From Carcharhinus amblyrhynchos (Eukaryota), in assembly GCA_965287045.1 (NCBI GenBank), contig OZ336879.1, forward strand, positions 61,814,001 through 61,878,000: a DNA stretch of 64,000 bases, given 5' to 3'. The notes beneath the pieces are model-generated. The model worked only from the letters and a program-made list of their open reading frames with translations, did no database searches and had not been told where the DNA came from. Shown here piece after piece: positions 12,690-24,500 of this stretch. Within the stretch, counting starts at the first letter, position 1. Every line of letters begins with the position of its first letter. A program made the translations under genes and the position numbers.

Positions 12690-15600
12690 TCTCTAAAGAC
12701 CCTTAATTGCGCACAAGTGTAATGTTTAATCAAATCACCTACACCCCATGGACTGCAGAGATTCAGGAAGGTGACTCACCATCACCTCCCCAAGGGCAAT
12801 TAATGATGGGCACTGTAAAGAACTTAAAACCTTGTTTAACCAGCATTAAACTTGTCCAACTATGACTACTCGATTGAAAAGGATGCTGACTTTGCAACCT
12901 GGTTAAGAAGAATCCCAGTCAAGATAACAGGTTCACGTCTCCAGCTCCTATCAAGGAGTGAGGTTGATCTTTCATTTGGAGTGCTGCGGACCTACAGGCG
13001 CGGGTATTGGATCACTGAGTCTGGCGTGAATGGCAAGCAGTTTCCCAATCCTGTATCAACCAGGCATGTCCTCTTGAAGTTCATGAAGGATAAATCTATT
13101 TCTGAAATGCCATTTCTTTATTTTGTTCTTAGCTGTTACGCAGTAAGATTATCTTTCTGTATTGTGCAAACTTTATTATTAAATCACAGAATTTCAAAGA
13201 TCAAATATTTATTTAAATGAAGCAATGCAGAAACAAATTCTTGCTAGCTGAAATTTGATTGAATCAAACTTCAGCGTGATAACGTGTCACCAACAGAACT
13301 AAAATGACTTGGCCCATCCTCATTAGTGAGCTGGGGATACTGTTGTTATTTTTATTCTGAACTACAGTAAACATAACACCATATTTTTTTAATTGCATGA
13401 CTAATGTATAACAATCCCACTGTAGCTTTTACAAGCAAAGTTTAGTTGCTCTGTTGTAATAACTAGAAAAGTTAATGTAGCTTGAACAAGGTTCCTAATT
13501 GTTCCTGTCTCTGTCATATTTGTCTACTTGAATGGTCCTAAATACCACAGCGATTAATTAGTGCAGAACAGGTATTACAAGATGTTATCACCCTTCCCAG
13601 ACTGTCTGGGTGAATGGAGGGAAGGCAGTAGATTGTTACAATGTTTCATCCATGCACTTCCTGAAAGACAGTTTAACCAGAAGATTTAATGTGTCAAAGT
13701 TAACTGCGTTCAGCAGCAGATTTTCACATTCTAATTAAAGATTAAGAACATAGTACATTACAGTGTGATTTGTCATACATGGCTTGTTAAATAGGAAACC
13801 TACCGGGATTCCACAACATTTTATAAACATTATTGAGGCTTTTAATGTGGAATAGGGAACAATTACAAGAACACGCTGTTGACAGCATTACAATAATTTA
13901 CATACATTTCTTGCTTTATTGAAAAACCAATAGAGTTCTCGATATCAGTTTATTCTTATTCTTTAGCAGTTATGAAATATTTAAAACTCTTTTAAATATG
14001 GACATATCTGAAATAATGCAATTCTTAAATTCCAGCCCCCTGCCGCCCCCAGCACCAACCCCTGACACAGGCCTCAGAAAACAGATACAAAATATAATGT
14101 TTTTCTCTTTATGCTGCAAAATGATAATGGAAGTACGTTGGTGGTATGTTATTCATGTGGGAAAAGTCACCACACTGAAATAAGGAGAATTCTTTTTTCT
14201 CCTGAAAACATATTATAGTTTGGTGAATATATTTTAACCTGTTTAACTCCAATGCTTATTGGCGTGCAAACAAAATACTGCAGACAAATTTCTGTCGCAT
14301 TGCAGAACCATAATTTGCTCTGTGACTTTCACAAATAAAGATTATTTGCATTGCATTTTAGTAAAAGAAGGATTGTCCAGGAAATCTACAGACTGCAATC
14401 CTGGTGATGTCTGCCACTGGAGTTCTCAGGGTCAGCAAGGGTGTGGGGGGGACTCATTAGCATGGGGTCATCAGGCACACACCCATTCATGGTTTCACTC
14501 CCAAAAACAAATCCACCAAAATCATTCAAAAAGGTTGCCCACCATGTGAGAAGGCAAGTGCCCTGGTTGTCTCATTCAAACCCCCATCTATCTCCCACTC
14601 ACCCAGCGAGATTAATGCCAAAAAATTGTCTTTTAGAAAGCACCGATCCCTTTTTTGGCAGGCAGCTGCTCCTTTCTTCTGGATCTTACCCCCATCTTCA
14701 CCCCCACACTCTGCTCTCACACCCTACCTGTGCCCATCACAAGACCAGTGCATTTCAGTCTCCTGGTGCAAGCCTCTTTTCAGCATCAAACCCAGGTCCC
14801 TTAGGAAATGGGGGAGCGAGATCCCTTGGTGTAGAAATCCTAATCCCTTCTGGCAATATTGACTTTGTAAGAGGCAAGCAGAAAGGATCGTCATCTTACA
14901 AGGCCAACTGGTTCATATGATTCCCTCGTTTATCCTATGGGTTCTGCTGGTGTGCCACTGAAGTTATGGGTGGGGCAGTGAACCCATTCAGGAAACTTGG
15001 GGCCATTTTAGGTTTTTTTTAATACTGAAACAGGAAAGAAAGATATGCAAATATTCTTGATTATTCATTCACAAAAGTATAGTGAAAAACAATGTAGATT
15101 TTACATTTGTTATAAGCGATTTGCTATTTGTCCTCTAATTCTAAACTAGTTTGATGCATTCAGATATATTTAAACACCATTGCAATTTAGCAAAATAAAC
15201 AGCCAATCTCTCCTCATTATGAGTCTGTCTACGTATGAACAAAATGTACTGTCAATAGCATTAACCCCTCTGTCGTTTTGAACATCGTATTGAACCAGGA
15301 TTAACTGCTGTACCATTATCCTGGCAGTGTCAGGCTGGGGAATGGGTTCAAGCTGAAAGTGCCCTGTGATTGATCTTTTTCTTACTCAAAGGTCATCACT
15401 AAAGAAACCAACCTGACTAGATCTGTTTAGTGATTATTTTGTTTTTAATACTGAGGATACAAACCAGTTTGTTATACCGAAAAATTCTGAACTAACCACC
15501 CTGGCATCTGCCCATGTGGAAATCATGATGAAGAGCAGGAAAATGCAGCGTAACAACAACAGCAACATGCCTTTTATGTAAAAGTACAGTGAAAGCTGCT

Positions 15601-16009
15601 TCCCGCAACACGCAGAATGAAAATAGATGCCCAGTTAGTAAAGGATTACTGAAAACCATGCCAGACAGTGCAGTTTTAAAGAGATTTTTTGAAGGTAGAA
15701 GCATATTTTTAGGTATGGAGTGATTAATGGGCGGGGGAGGGGCAGTTCCAAAGGAGAGGCCCAATATGGTTGAAGGTTTGCTCAACAATGGAGGATTAAA
15801 GGAAGGCAGGTGGGTGTGCAGTAGGCAGGAATCGGATGACTAGTGCCTTTGGAGAGATTTTAGGGGTGGAGGAGACTGTTGAACAAGGGTAAAACAGAGC
15901 TAAGTGGGAGAGGGTGAGTCGGAATGGCAGGATATTTATAGACTCAGATAAAGACTTAGAATTAAATGCATTGAGAAAGAAAATGTAGACAGTGCAAATT
16001 CTTGGGATT

Positions 16010-16352
16010 TGGCAATGGGATGTGGGTATCACTGGCTGGACCAGCACTTGTTGCCCACCCCTAATTGCCTTTGAACTGCGTGGTCTGTGGGACCAGATAA
16101 AAGTTAACCATTTTGCTGGAGGTCTGGAGTCACATGTAAGACAGAGCAGGTAAGGGTGGCTGATTTCCTTCTCCAAAGGATATTCGTGAACCAAATGGGT
16201 TTTTATGATGATTGTTTCACTTGACTTTTAATTCCAGATTTTTATTGAATTCAAAGTTAACCTTTGCCACAGTGGGACTTGAACCCAGTCCCCAGAGCAT
16301 TACTTTGGATTTCTATCTAGTCCAGTCTAGTGACAAATAGCACCAAGCCACC
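16010..16352 (-). mobile_element. tRNA-derived shark SINE with LINE-shared tail (ggcaattagggtgggcaacaagtgctgg)
   Basis: Same family as the copies at 28820, 29597 and 45575 (shared gtgactccagac core and 3' tail). Confidence 0.75.
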
Positions 16353-16869
16353 ACCTGCCAGGATTGGTGAGGATGGGGAGGTGAGTAAGTGGGGTTTAGC
16401 ACAGGTTGGGTTATGTGCAGCAGATTTTTGGATAAGTTAGAGTTTAAGGAGAGTAGCGGACAGGAGATCAGCAAGGAAAACATGGCGGTTGAATATAAAT
16501 GTGATGAATGTGTGCAAAAGAATTTCAGCATCACCATCAGAGTGTACTGCACTGATCTGTAAATCAAATTCATGGCTGAATAATGCTGCATATTGGCAAT
16601 TTAACATCTTATCTGAACAATGGCAACACTGACAGTGTAGCACTCCCTCAATACTGCATTGAGGTGTCAGCCTAGATTATGTGCTCAAGTCTTGGAATCG
16701 AGCTTGGACCCAGTACTTCTGATTCAAAGGCAAGAATACAACCACTACCTAACTAATGCTGGTCCAGCCAGTGGCACCCACATCCCATAAAAGAATTTTC
16801 AATATCTATATTTTCTTCCCATCCCTCAATTTGCATTTTGTGTAGCAAACAAGGAAAGATACCAAAGTG

Positions 16870-17263
16870 TATCATTTGAAGTACTTTTGAAGTGTAATCA
16901 CTGTAGCAATGTTGGGAAATGTGACAGCCAATTTATACGCAACAAGATCACACAAACAGCTATGACCATATAATTTGTTTTAGTGGTGTCAGTTGAGGGA
17001 TAAATGTTGGCTAAGATATCAGAAGAACTCTGGTATCTTCTTCAAATAATATTGTGGGATATTTTACATTTACTTGATAAGATAGCTAGAACTTCAATTT
17101 AACAACTCATCTGAAAGATGGCATCACTGACTGTGTACCACTCCTTCAGTACTGCACTGAAGTGTCAGCCTAGATTATGTGCTCAAGTCTTGGAATGGAG
17201 CTTGAACCCAATACTTCTGATTGAGAGGCAAGAGAACAGCTACCACCGGACTAAGGCTGACAC
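16870..17263 (-). mobile_element. SacSINE1-like DeuSINE (a second head copy lies at ~16625-16750)
   Basis: tgtcagcctagattatgtgctcaagtc head plus the Deu-domain reverse complement (ttgagggataaatgttggc). Confidence 0.75.
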
Positions 17264-18473
17264 CTATCATATGAAAGCACAGAGTGGCAGAATTAGCGCT
17301 CTCAATTTTTAATTTGCCGCAAAGTTAATGTGTAACCTCAAAACCATAACCGGACAATTGCTAATTAAAGTCTTGCCTTCTGAGAGAGGGAGGAAAATGA
17401 GGGAGTAGGTCAATTTTTCAATGGTTGGGCTATCAATGTTTGGGCAGTGGTTTTGTTGCATCCTTCTTGTTTGCAAAATGTTTCTCAATAAAGTGAGGGA
17501 AGCTAAAGAAGGATAAACAAATAAGAGAATGGATTAAAACAACATACCGTACAAATACATAAAGAATGGGACTCATTTGGAATACAGTTTTGAACAAGCA
17601 CATTCTTATCTGCATGTCAGGAAAAATTCTCGCACAGAAGGCTTAAATTTATTTTCCCATATCTATAGCATATAGTAATAAAATGTAATGTTTATGTAAA
17701 ATAATTATCATAATTATTGTCATGGAATTAGAATAATATGCCAAAAACATGCAGTATTCCTATTCTTGCACTGTTTATAGAAATACTTTAGCATTTTAGA
17801 AACAGAAGCGACAATAATGCCTTAACAGTAGTCATTGTTTTATATAGATGCTTACAGAGGAATGAAAATCATATCAAAATATCACATTGTTCAGGTTAAG
17901 AGAGCACAGTATTGATTGTATTTTTTATTATGAATGGTGATTGTTGTCAGAATGCTGCTAATGGTTCAATATATTGTCCAAAATTGTGCTATATCTTTTG
18001 CTCACACACATTTCCCAAATGTACAATCAGCAGATGTATCCTCTATTGCTGCGTTTTCATATGCAAAGCATGTACCCACTGTATCTACAGTATCCCATCC
18101 TCCCCAAGCAGCTTTTATGAAACACAATCTCACAGCATTGGAGCCTATATAAAATTTCATTTGGATTTGGCTTCCTGTTGAGAACGACACTGCTTTGTTT
18201 TAGCGGCAGAAGCAGTAAGCCAGAAAGGTATGTCCTGTTATTTTCATAGCTAGAGCGTGGGCTTGAGGATCACAATCAAGCTGTTGACGTTGTCAGGCTT
18301 CGGAAGCTCATCCTTATCTCACGCCGTTCTCCTCTTTCCCTTTTCTATTTTCTTTTTGTGTTCTAACTCGTCCCCTGCCTGTCCTCTACCTGGAGGGCAA
18401 AATCATGATTAATGGTTTGTCTTTGCAAATTGTGGCTCTGCGATCATCTTGTTTTTTTTCCCTTCTCTTCTAG

Positions 18474-18511
18474 GTATTGACCACAAAAACACAGATTTAG
18501 TGAAAAACTAC
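18474..18511 (+). CDS. PCSK-like exon, 38 bp, (G)[12 protein letters not shown], immediately after the catalytic Asp
   Basis: Polypyrimidine tract and tag acceptor at 18471-18473, donor gtaagt at 18512. Aligns with furin GIEKNHPDLAGNY and PC2 GIDYLHPDLASNY. Too short for the ORF track. Confidence 0.9.
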
Positions 18512-21500
18512 GTAAGTAGAATGGGTATTTAACTTCAAACCTTTCTAAAATTGCCAAGAAAATCTTTCTGGGAGTCATGGCAAAAATCTCTCTGTATCTG
18601 TGAAGTTAAGAGACCTTTTTTTTGAAAAAAAAGACTTTTACTTAATTCTAAAGATAGCTTACAATTGCTAGCAACTTTCACGATTTCAGGAGATGCCAAA
18701 GTATTTTAAACCAATGAAGCACTTTTCAAATGTGGTCGTTGTAACACAAAAAATGAGGAGGCCTATTAAGCAGGAAAATCAAAGAAAACCAAGGGGTTGT
18801 AATTACTTCTAAAAACTATACTGCTTCCTGAAGCAACAGGCAAGTAGTTTTACAATATGTTAATGTATTGTCCTGAGAATCTGCAGATATTATGGCTGTG
18901 CAATTCTGTGCTGTTTGGATGCATATTTCATGTCGCATTGATCATTTTATTAGTTGTACTGAACATACTGTTTGTGGAATACAGATAGTTTGTTCAGAAC
19001 ATGGAATGCACGAAAAGCAGAGCACATTCATTCTCTGCACTGTTTAACAATCAAACAATACAAACTTGATCAGGCATATCTGTGTTTTGTAGCACCCTCC
19101 GTGTAAAAACATTTTGTGTTTTTAAAAGAGCAATGTATTGCTAAATATTTCATTCAGTTTAAATCATAGAGCGGTGTTGAAATTCCACTGTGATATAGTT
19201 AATTCGTTGCTGATGGACTTTTACCATACTGTAGCCTGCACGACTTTAATAACATTTTAACCCATTAATTTTATGTGGTTTAACAATCTTGTTAAACAAT
19301 ATCCTGGAATTTGGCATGAATACATGAAGCGAGACAGTAAAAATACCAGAGAGTAACTTATCCTTATCTTTTCAATAATTCAATTAATTTAGCCTAATCC
19401 TCACCTGGCTGGTACCACTTCCCTTCAGAGCAGCAAATAACTGACTGTGAACCTATTAGATCTACTGCCTTTCTGGGAAATGGATCTATCTCTAGGTATG
19501 AGGGAATACATAGCTCCAGTCTAAAAACCTTGATCAAATTGAAAACAGAGGCTGAAATTAAGACTGATCAATAAGAATTCAATGCAGTAGTGTATGTCTT
19601 TACATGTTTCTTGCATCAGTGATGAAGATTAAGCTGAATTATTTTTGTTGCATTTCTGCTTTGTTGAATTAAAATGCGTGTAAGGGGCTAAATCTTCCTC
19701 AGTCAGAGGGGAACCTGACCTCCACGCTTTTGTAGCTCAGAAACTGCATACCTGACATGTGTCTTTGCTCGGCATTTTTGTCTTTCCACCCCAAACGAGC
19801 AGTTTGTGAACTATGAACCAATGTGGGACGAGTGTGGATGCGGGCCAGTTATAAGTCCTGCCTCAATTCCCAAGCCAGTATCCCAGCTGCCAGCAGAGTT
19901 TGAAGGCCCCTTAAACCTCACCCACCCCTATGCCAGTTCATGTCCCCTCAGAATGTCCAGGCCACCTCTATGCCCTTCTGTTTCTTCCATACTCTCCAAA
20001 GATCACCCATATCACCTTTATGTACCTCCATGTATCATCAATAGCCACATCAGATACACGCTATGTAGAGTCCTTAGGTCACATGCAATGTTAATGGAAA
20101 ATGTTTTACATTACTTCAAGAAAAAAAATGAACCTATCACTGTCTAATAAAAGTCTCCGTCTCACTGATACTGATAGAAAAGGATACAATCTGCCATATC
20201 AAAAAAAATCCTTTTAATACTTGTAAACTTATTAGCTTGTGCCAACAAAACACACTAAAGGTAGAATTCACTTCTTGAAACTATCATTCAGTCTCAGATG
20301 ACTCATGGGCTGAAACCCATAAAGCACTTGAAACTCAGGGCAGGATTTTCCAAGCCTTCTCACCAGCAGCTTATTCTGGTTCTACCAAACATGACAACCA
20401 GCCCCCCCCCCCCGACCCCCCAAAAGGCATGTTCCCTGGCAGTCGGGCAGGTAAGCCATGTAAAATGCCATCAACCTCAGTGGGACTGGAAGATCCCACT
20501 GCCAACTGATATTAAGCTCCTCCACTACTAGAAAACGTGCCATGAGGGGAGGGGGAGCAGCAAATTCTGGCATCAGTTAAGTATTCATATTGGTCACAGC
20601 TATCCAAACAACAGATTTCTTTGTAGGGAGGAAAAATCAGGTGATGTTTATCTCAATTTCAAAGCAAAATGCCTGCAAAGCAATGTTGGATTGCAGATGG
20701 TTAAATTTTTTTGTCAAGTTTCAAAATCAGGCTTTTTCGTATCAGCCAGAGCCATTTAAATCACAGTAGAAAAGATGTCAGCGCAGGCCAGTAGGACATT
20801 TTGATACATGTTTTTGCTGCATTATGGTGTCTTTTCATGTACTGCAATATGTGTGAATAAATAGACAAGGCTGGTCAAAGTAAAGGTTCACCTACCTTTA
20901 AAAGGGAGATCCCTATGGTGAGTCACTGCATTTAAAACACATCTACACTACACTGCAGCACCCAGTACTAATGTTTGAATGTGTGAAAATATTCACATGT
21001 CCAAATGTTGCCGATTCCTTAACAGGCTTTCCATTTTTTTCGCAAACTCATAAACTTGACATGTTTTTAATGGACTTCTAACTGCCCTCAACTCATTGGA
21101 CATGGGTTATTTTGCTCATGATTTCTGACCCACACAGAAGCTAAAGGGAAATGGCGCGGGATGAGGAACGCAGAAGAAAATTTGATTTCCTCCAAAGAAA
21201 AGCAAAGTTTGGCCTTTGCACACTCAAAAGCCTCCATGCCCAAACAAAAACTCAGCCTAAGATGTTATAATTGAAGATGATTGAAACTAATATTCTAATA
21301 TCGAAAAGAAGCTGAAGAATACTTCTCCTATAATCTCACAAAAGATTATCCCACAAACAGTTCATTTGAAATCATTCTGCTGTAAACCTTTTCATCACAT
21401 TTCCTGCTTCGTACAGTTTGAAATTTCTAAAACTTTCATCAGCCATGTTAGATCCTGAATCAGCGTGTTTTGGCTAACTTAGTTGCAATTAGGCAAGGAC

Positions 21501-24500
21501 TATTTAACTTTATACTGATAGATCTTTATGGGATTGTTTATATATAATATATTAAACTACTCTGTGTTATGAAGAACATATGTGTAATATCAAAATGCTG
21601 TGAGTTAAATTCTTGAGATATATGTGTCTGTATATGTGTATACGTCATAATGTTGAGAACTAAAACATCTATATATATCCATAAACATATATAACACACT
21701 GCTATTATGTGCTAAACAGCCAATGTGTATATTTATTGTAGTGCTGTGCATTCTTCTTTATTTGATCATAGGATGTGGGCATTGCTGGCAAGGCCAGTAT
21801 TTATTGCCCATTTATAATTGCCTTTGGGAAGATTGTGGTGAGCCACCTCCTTGAACCACTGTGGTTGATGTGGTTAGCTATACCCACAGTGCTGTTAAGG
21901 AGGGAGTTCAAGGATTTTGACCCAACCACAGTGAAAGAACAGTGATATATTTCCAAGTCAGGAGGCAGGGTGGTTGTGACTGGAAGGGGAACTTGCAGAT
22001 GGTGGTGTTCCCAACTGCCTCTAGCGGACATTTTAGGCGGTAAATGTTGCGGTTTGGGAAGGCGCTGTTAAAGGAACAGGAACTGGTTATGTTCTGCACA
22101 ACATATATAATTTATGTGGTTTGAGACTTATATATTTTATGTACTTTTATAACAATGTACATTATAGGTTGACACAATTTGATATATTGTCACATTCTTT
22201 ATCACACATTCTCTGAAAACCTTTACCCTTCATGAATTCCTATGTCCCAATTTATAATGGGTTTGCCGATGTCTTCGATTGTAGAGCTTGGCCATCAGGT
22301 TGACACTCATCGCTCATGCCATTTTCAGAAAAATCTTCATCTGCCAATTTTTTCTCATGAATGGAATTTCCAGGATCCAGAACAGAGGTACTTATAGGAC
22401 TTTTTTTAAAATCAGAAACTTAGCTATTTGACAATAGGATGATTGCACCTTTCCATTTCCTTGTACTTTGTGCCTTTTAAAGCCTTCATTACAGTTTTCA
22501 CTTCAAAGCCTCAGCTTTTCCAAAAAGCCAGGGTTTAGTGTTGATATTTTGCCCAGAGCTGTGACTCTGCGAGCTGAATTAAGATTGTAGCCTGAAAGTG
22601 TGCAGTATAGCAATTGTTCCAGAATGCATCCATGCCACTCAAACATTTAGACTGCAGCAATGCCAGCCTTTAGCTTCTAGCACTTCCAAGTTGTCGTCTC
22701 AGTCCTGTAATCTTTCTTTAAGCGCTGGTAAAGCACAAAATGGCAGATTTCAAAAGTTTTATTGAGGTGATGGTGAGCGGGGTAGATTTTGGCTCTTGGG
22801 CAGCAACTGGCAGAATGCGCTGATTGCCTGCTTAATCCTGCTGGCAGGAGAGCTCATCCATCTTGAGGATGAAGCCTCATCAACCCTGTCGCCAGCTGCC
22901 GACTAGCACAATATTGCGTAACAGGAAAGCTGATCCAGGAAGGTAGGGACATGGCTGGCGTGATGTGGGGAGGGTAAAAACATGGACATTAAGTAGCTTA
23001 GGGGTACATTCCTACACCACCTTACCCTGCAGTTATAGAGTGAGATTTAGATTTGAGAATGAGAGGGGTAAGAGAGGTTGGGGTGAAACAGAGTGACAGT
23101 ATGAATTTTTCTTCATTAAATTTTATTCCAAAAAGCCATGCATTTCGAAGCCAACTCATAATTACTCACTTGCACTTTGTTGGCTAGTGGGAAAGGTCAA
23201 TGATAATCACTTACATCTCTAAAGAAAAGAGAAAATGATACAAAGAGAGAGACTGACAGATGGGTAGTATTTCTTTTCCTTCAAATTTGATTCCATTTTT
23301 AAAAAGAAGATTAATTTCTGAAAGCAGACATAGCCCCATGGGAAGAGATGGAGGTTAAGAAGTGAAGGGAGGAGACAAACCTTTTGAGGATGTAGGAACC
23401 TCCAGCCTCCAATCAACCACTTTTGAGAGGAGCAGGTGGGGAAGTGATTGGAGAGTTAAGGGTGAAGTGACTGATAACAGAGCAAAAGGTGAGGGAGGGG
23501 TAATGTAGTTGAGAATATAATTCAGAGGAGAAGAGCTGGTGAGGCATTGAGGTAGTGGGAAGAATGTTGAGGAGGTCAGCGATGTGATTGGAGTGAGGGG
23601 GCAGGGAAGCACAAGTGATTGGACAAGGGGGCATTCTTTGTAACCCTGCATCTCAAAGGCAGGCTGCAGCCATTGGGTGGCTCGATTCCCCACTGTGCTG
23701 GATCACACCATACCTCCCACCCAAAAGAAAAGATGAACTTAAAAAAAGACAGAGAGAGAACCAGAAGATTGAAAGAGAGATAAAAAGAAGAGTTGTGGGG
23801 AGGTGAGCAGCAGAGAAGTTGAGAAAGACAAAGCAGAAGAGAATCAGAAGCAAGAAGACATTAGAAATAGGCAACAATGTGACCATACTCTGCAGATAAG
23901 TATGTGCAATGCGATGGGAGATCAACTAATAATCGCTCATTTGAAAATATCTTTTGCTCTTGATGCTCCACATACACCAGGTTAACTAAGCTTTCACTGC
24001 ATTAAATGAATACTTTGCAGCAGTTTGTACTAGGGAAGTAGATGTTAGCCAGATCACGGTGAACAAGGTAGTTCAAACACTAGAAGTGTTTACAATTAAT
24101 AAGGAGGAAGTATTGGTTAGGCTGTCTGTACTTGAAGAATTGTAAATATTACATTCTTGTTCAAAAAAGGGTTTAAGGATAAGCACAGTAACAAGAAGCC
24201 AGTCAGTTAAACTTTGGTTGTGGGATTAATTTGATTGGACCTATGTTATATTAAGTTGATCTTTCTCCACATCCTAGCTATGACAGTGTTACTACTTTCT
24301 GCATTCTCTCCTTTCCTTCTCTCCTGTGTCATCTATGAACAGTATGCTTTGTCTGTGTGGCATGTGAGAAACAATACTTTCCACTGTATCCAAATGCAAG
24401 TGACAACAAATCAAATCAAATTTTAGAACCAATAATTTGGGACTGAATTACCAATCAGATGGAAAAATATAGGTTAATTAAAAATGCCAAAATCCCTTAA

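Noticed and set aside
14441-14920. 159-aa ORF
   Set aside because: No recognisable domain; lies in GC-richer, repeat-like intronic sequence with a non-ATG start.
1-18473. Upstream convertase exons (prodomain and the catalytic-Asp exon ending GAT G|gt)
   Set aside because: No candidate with a G.TGKGV...DD motif and splice sites was found; presumed upstream of the window.
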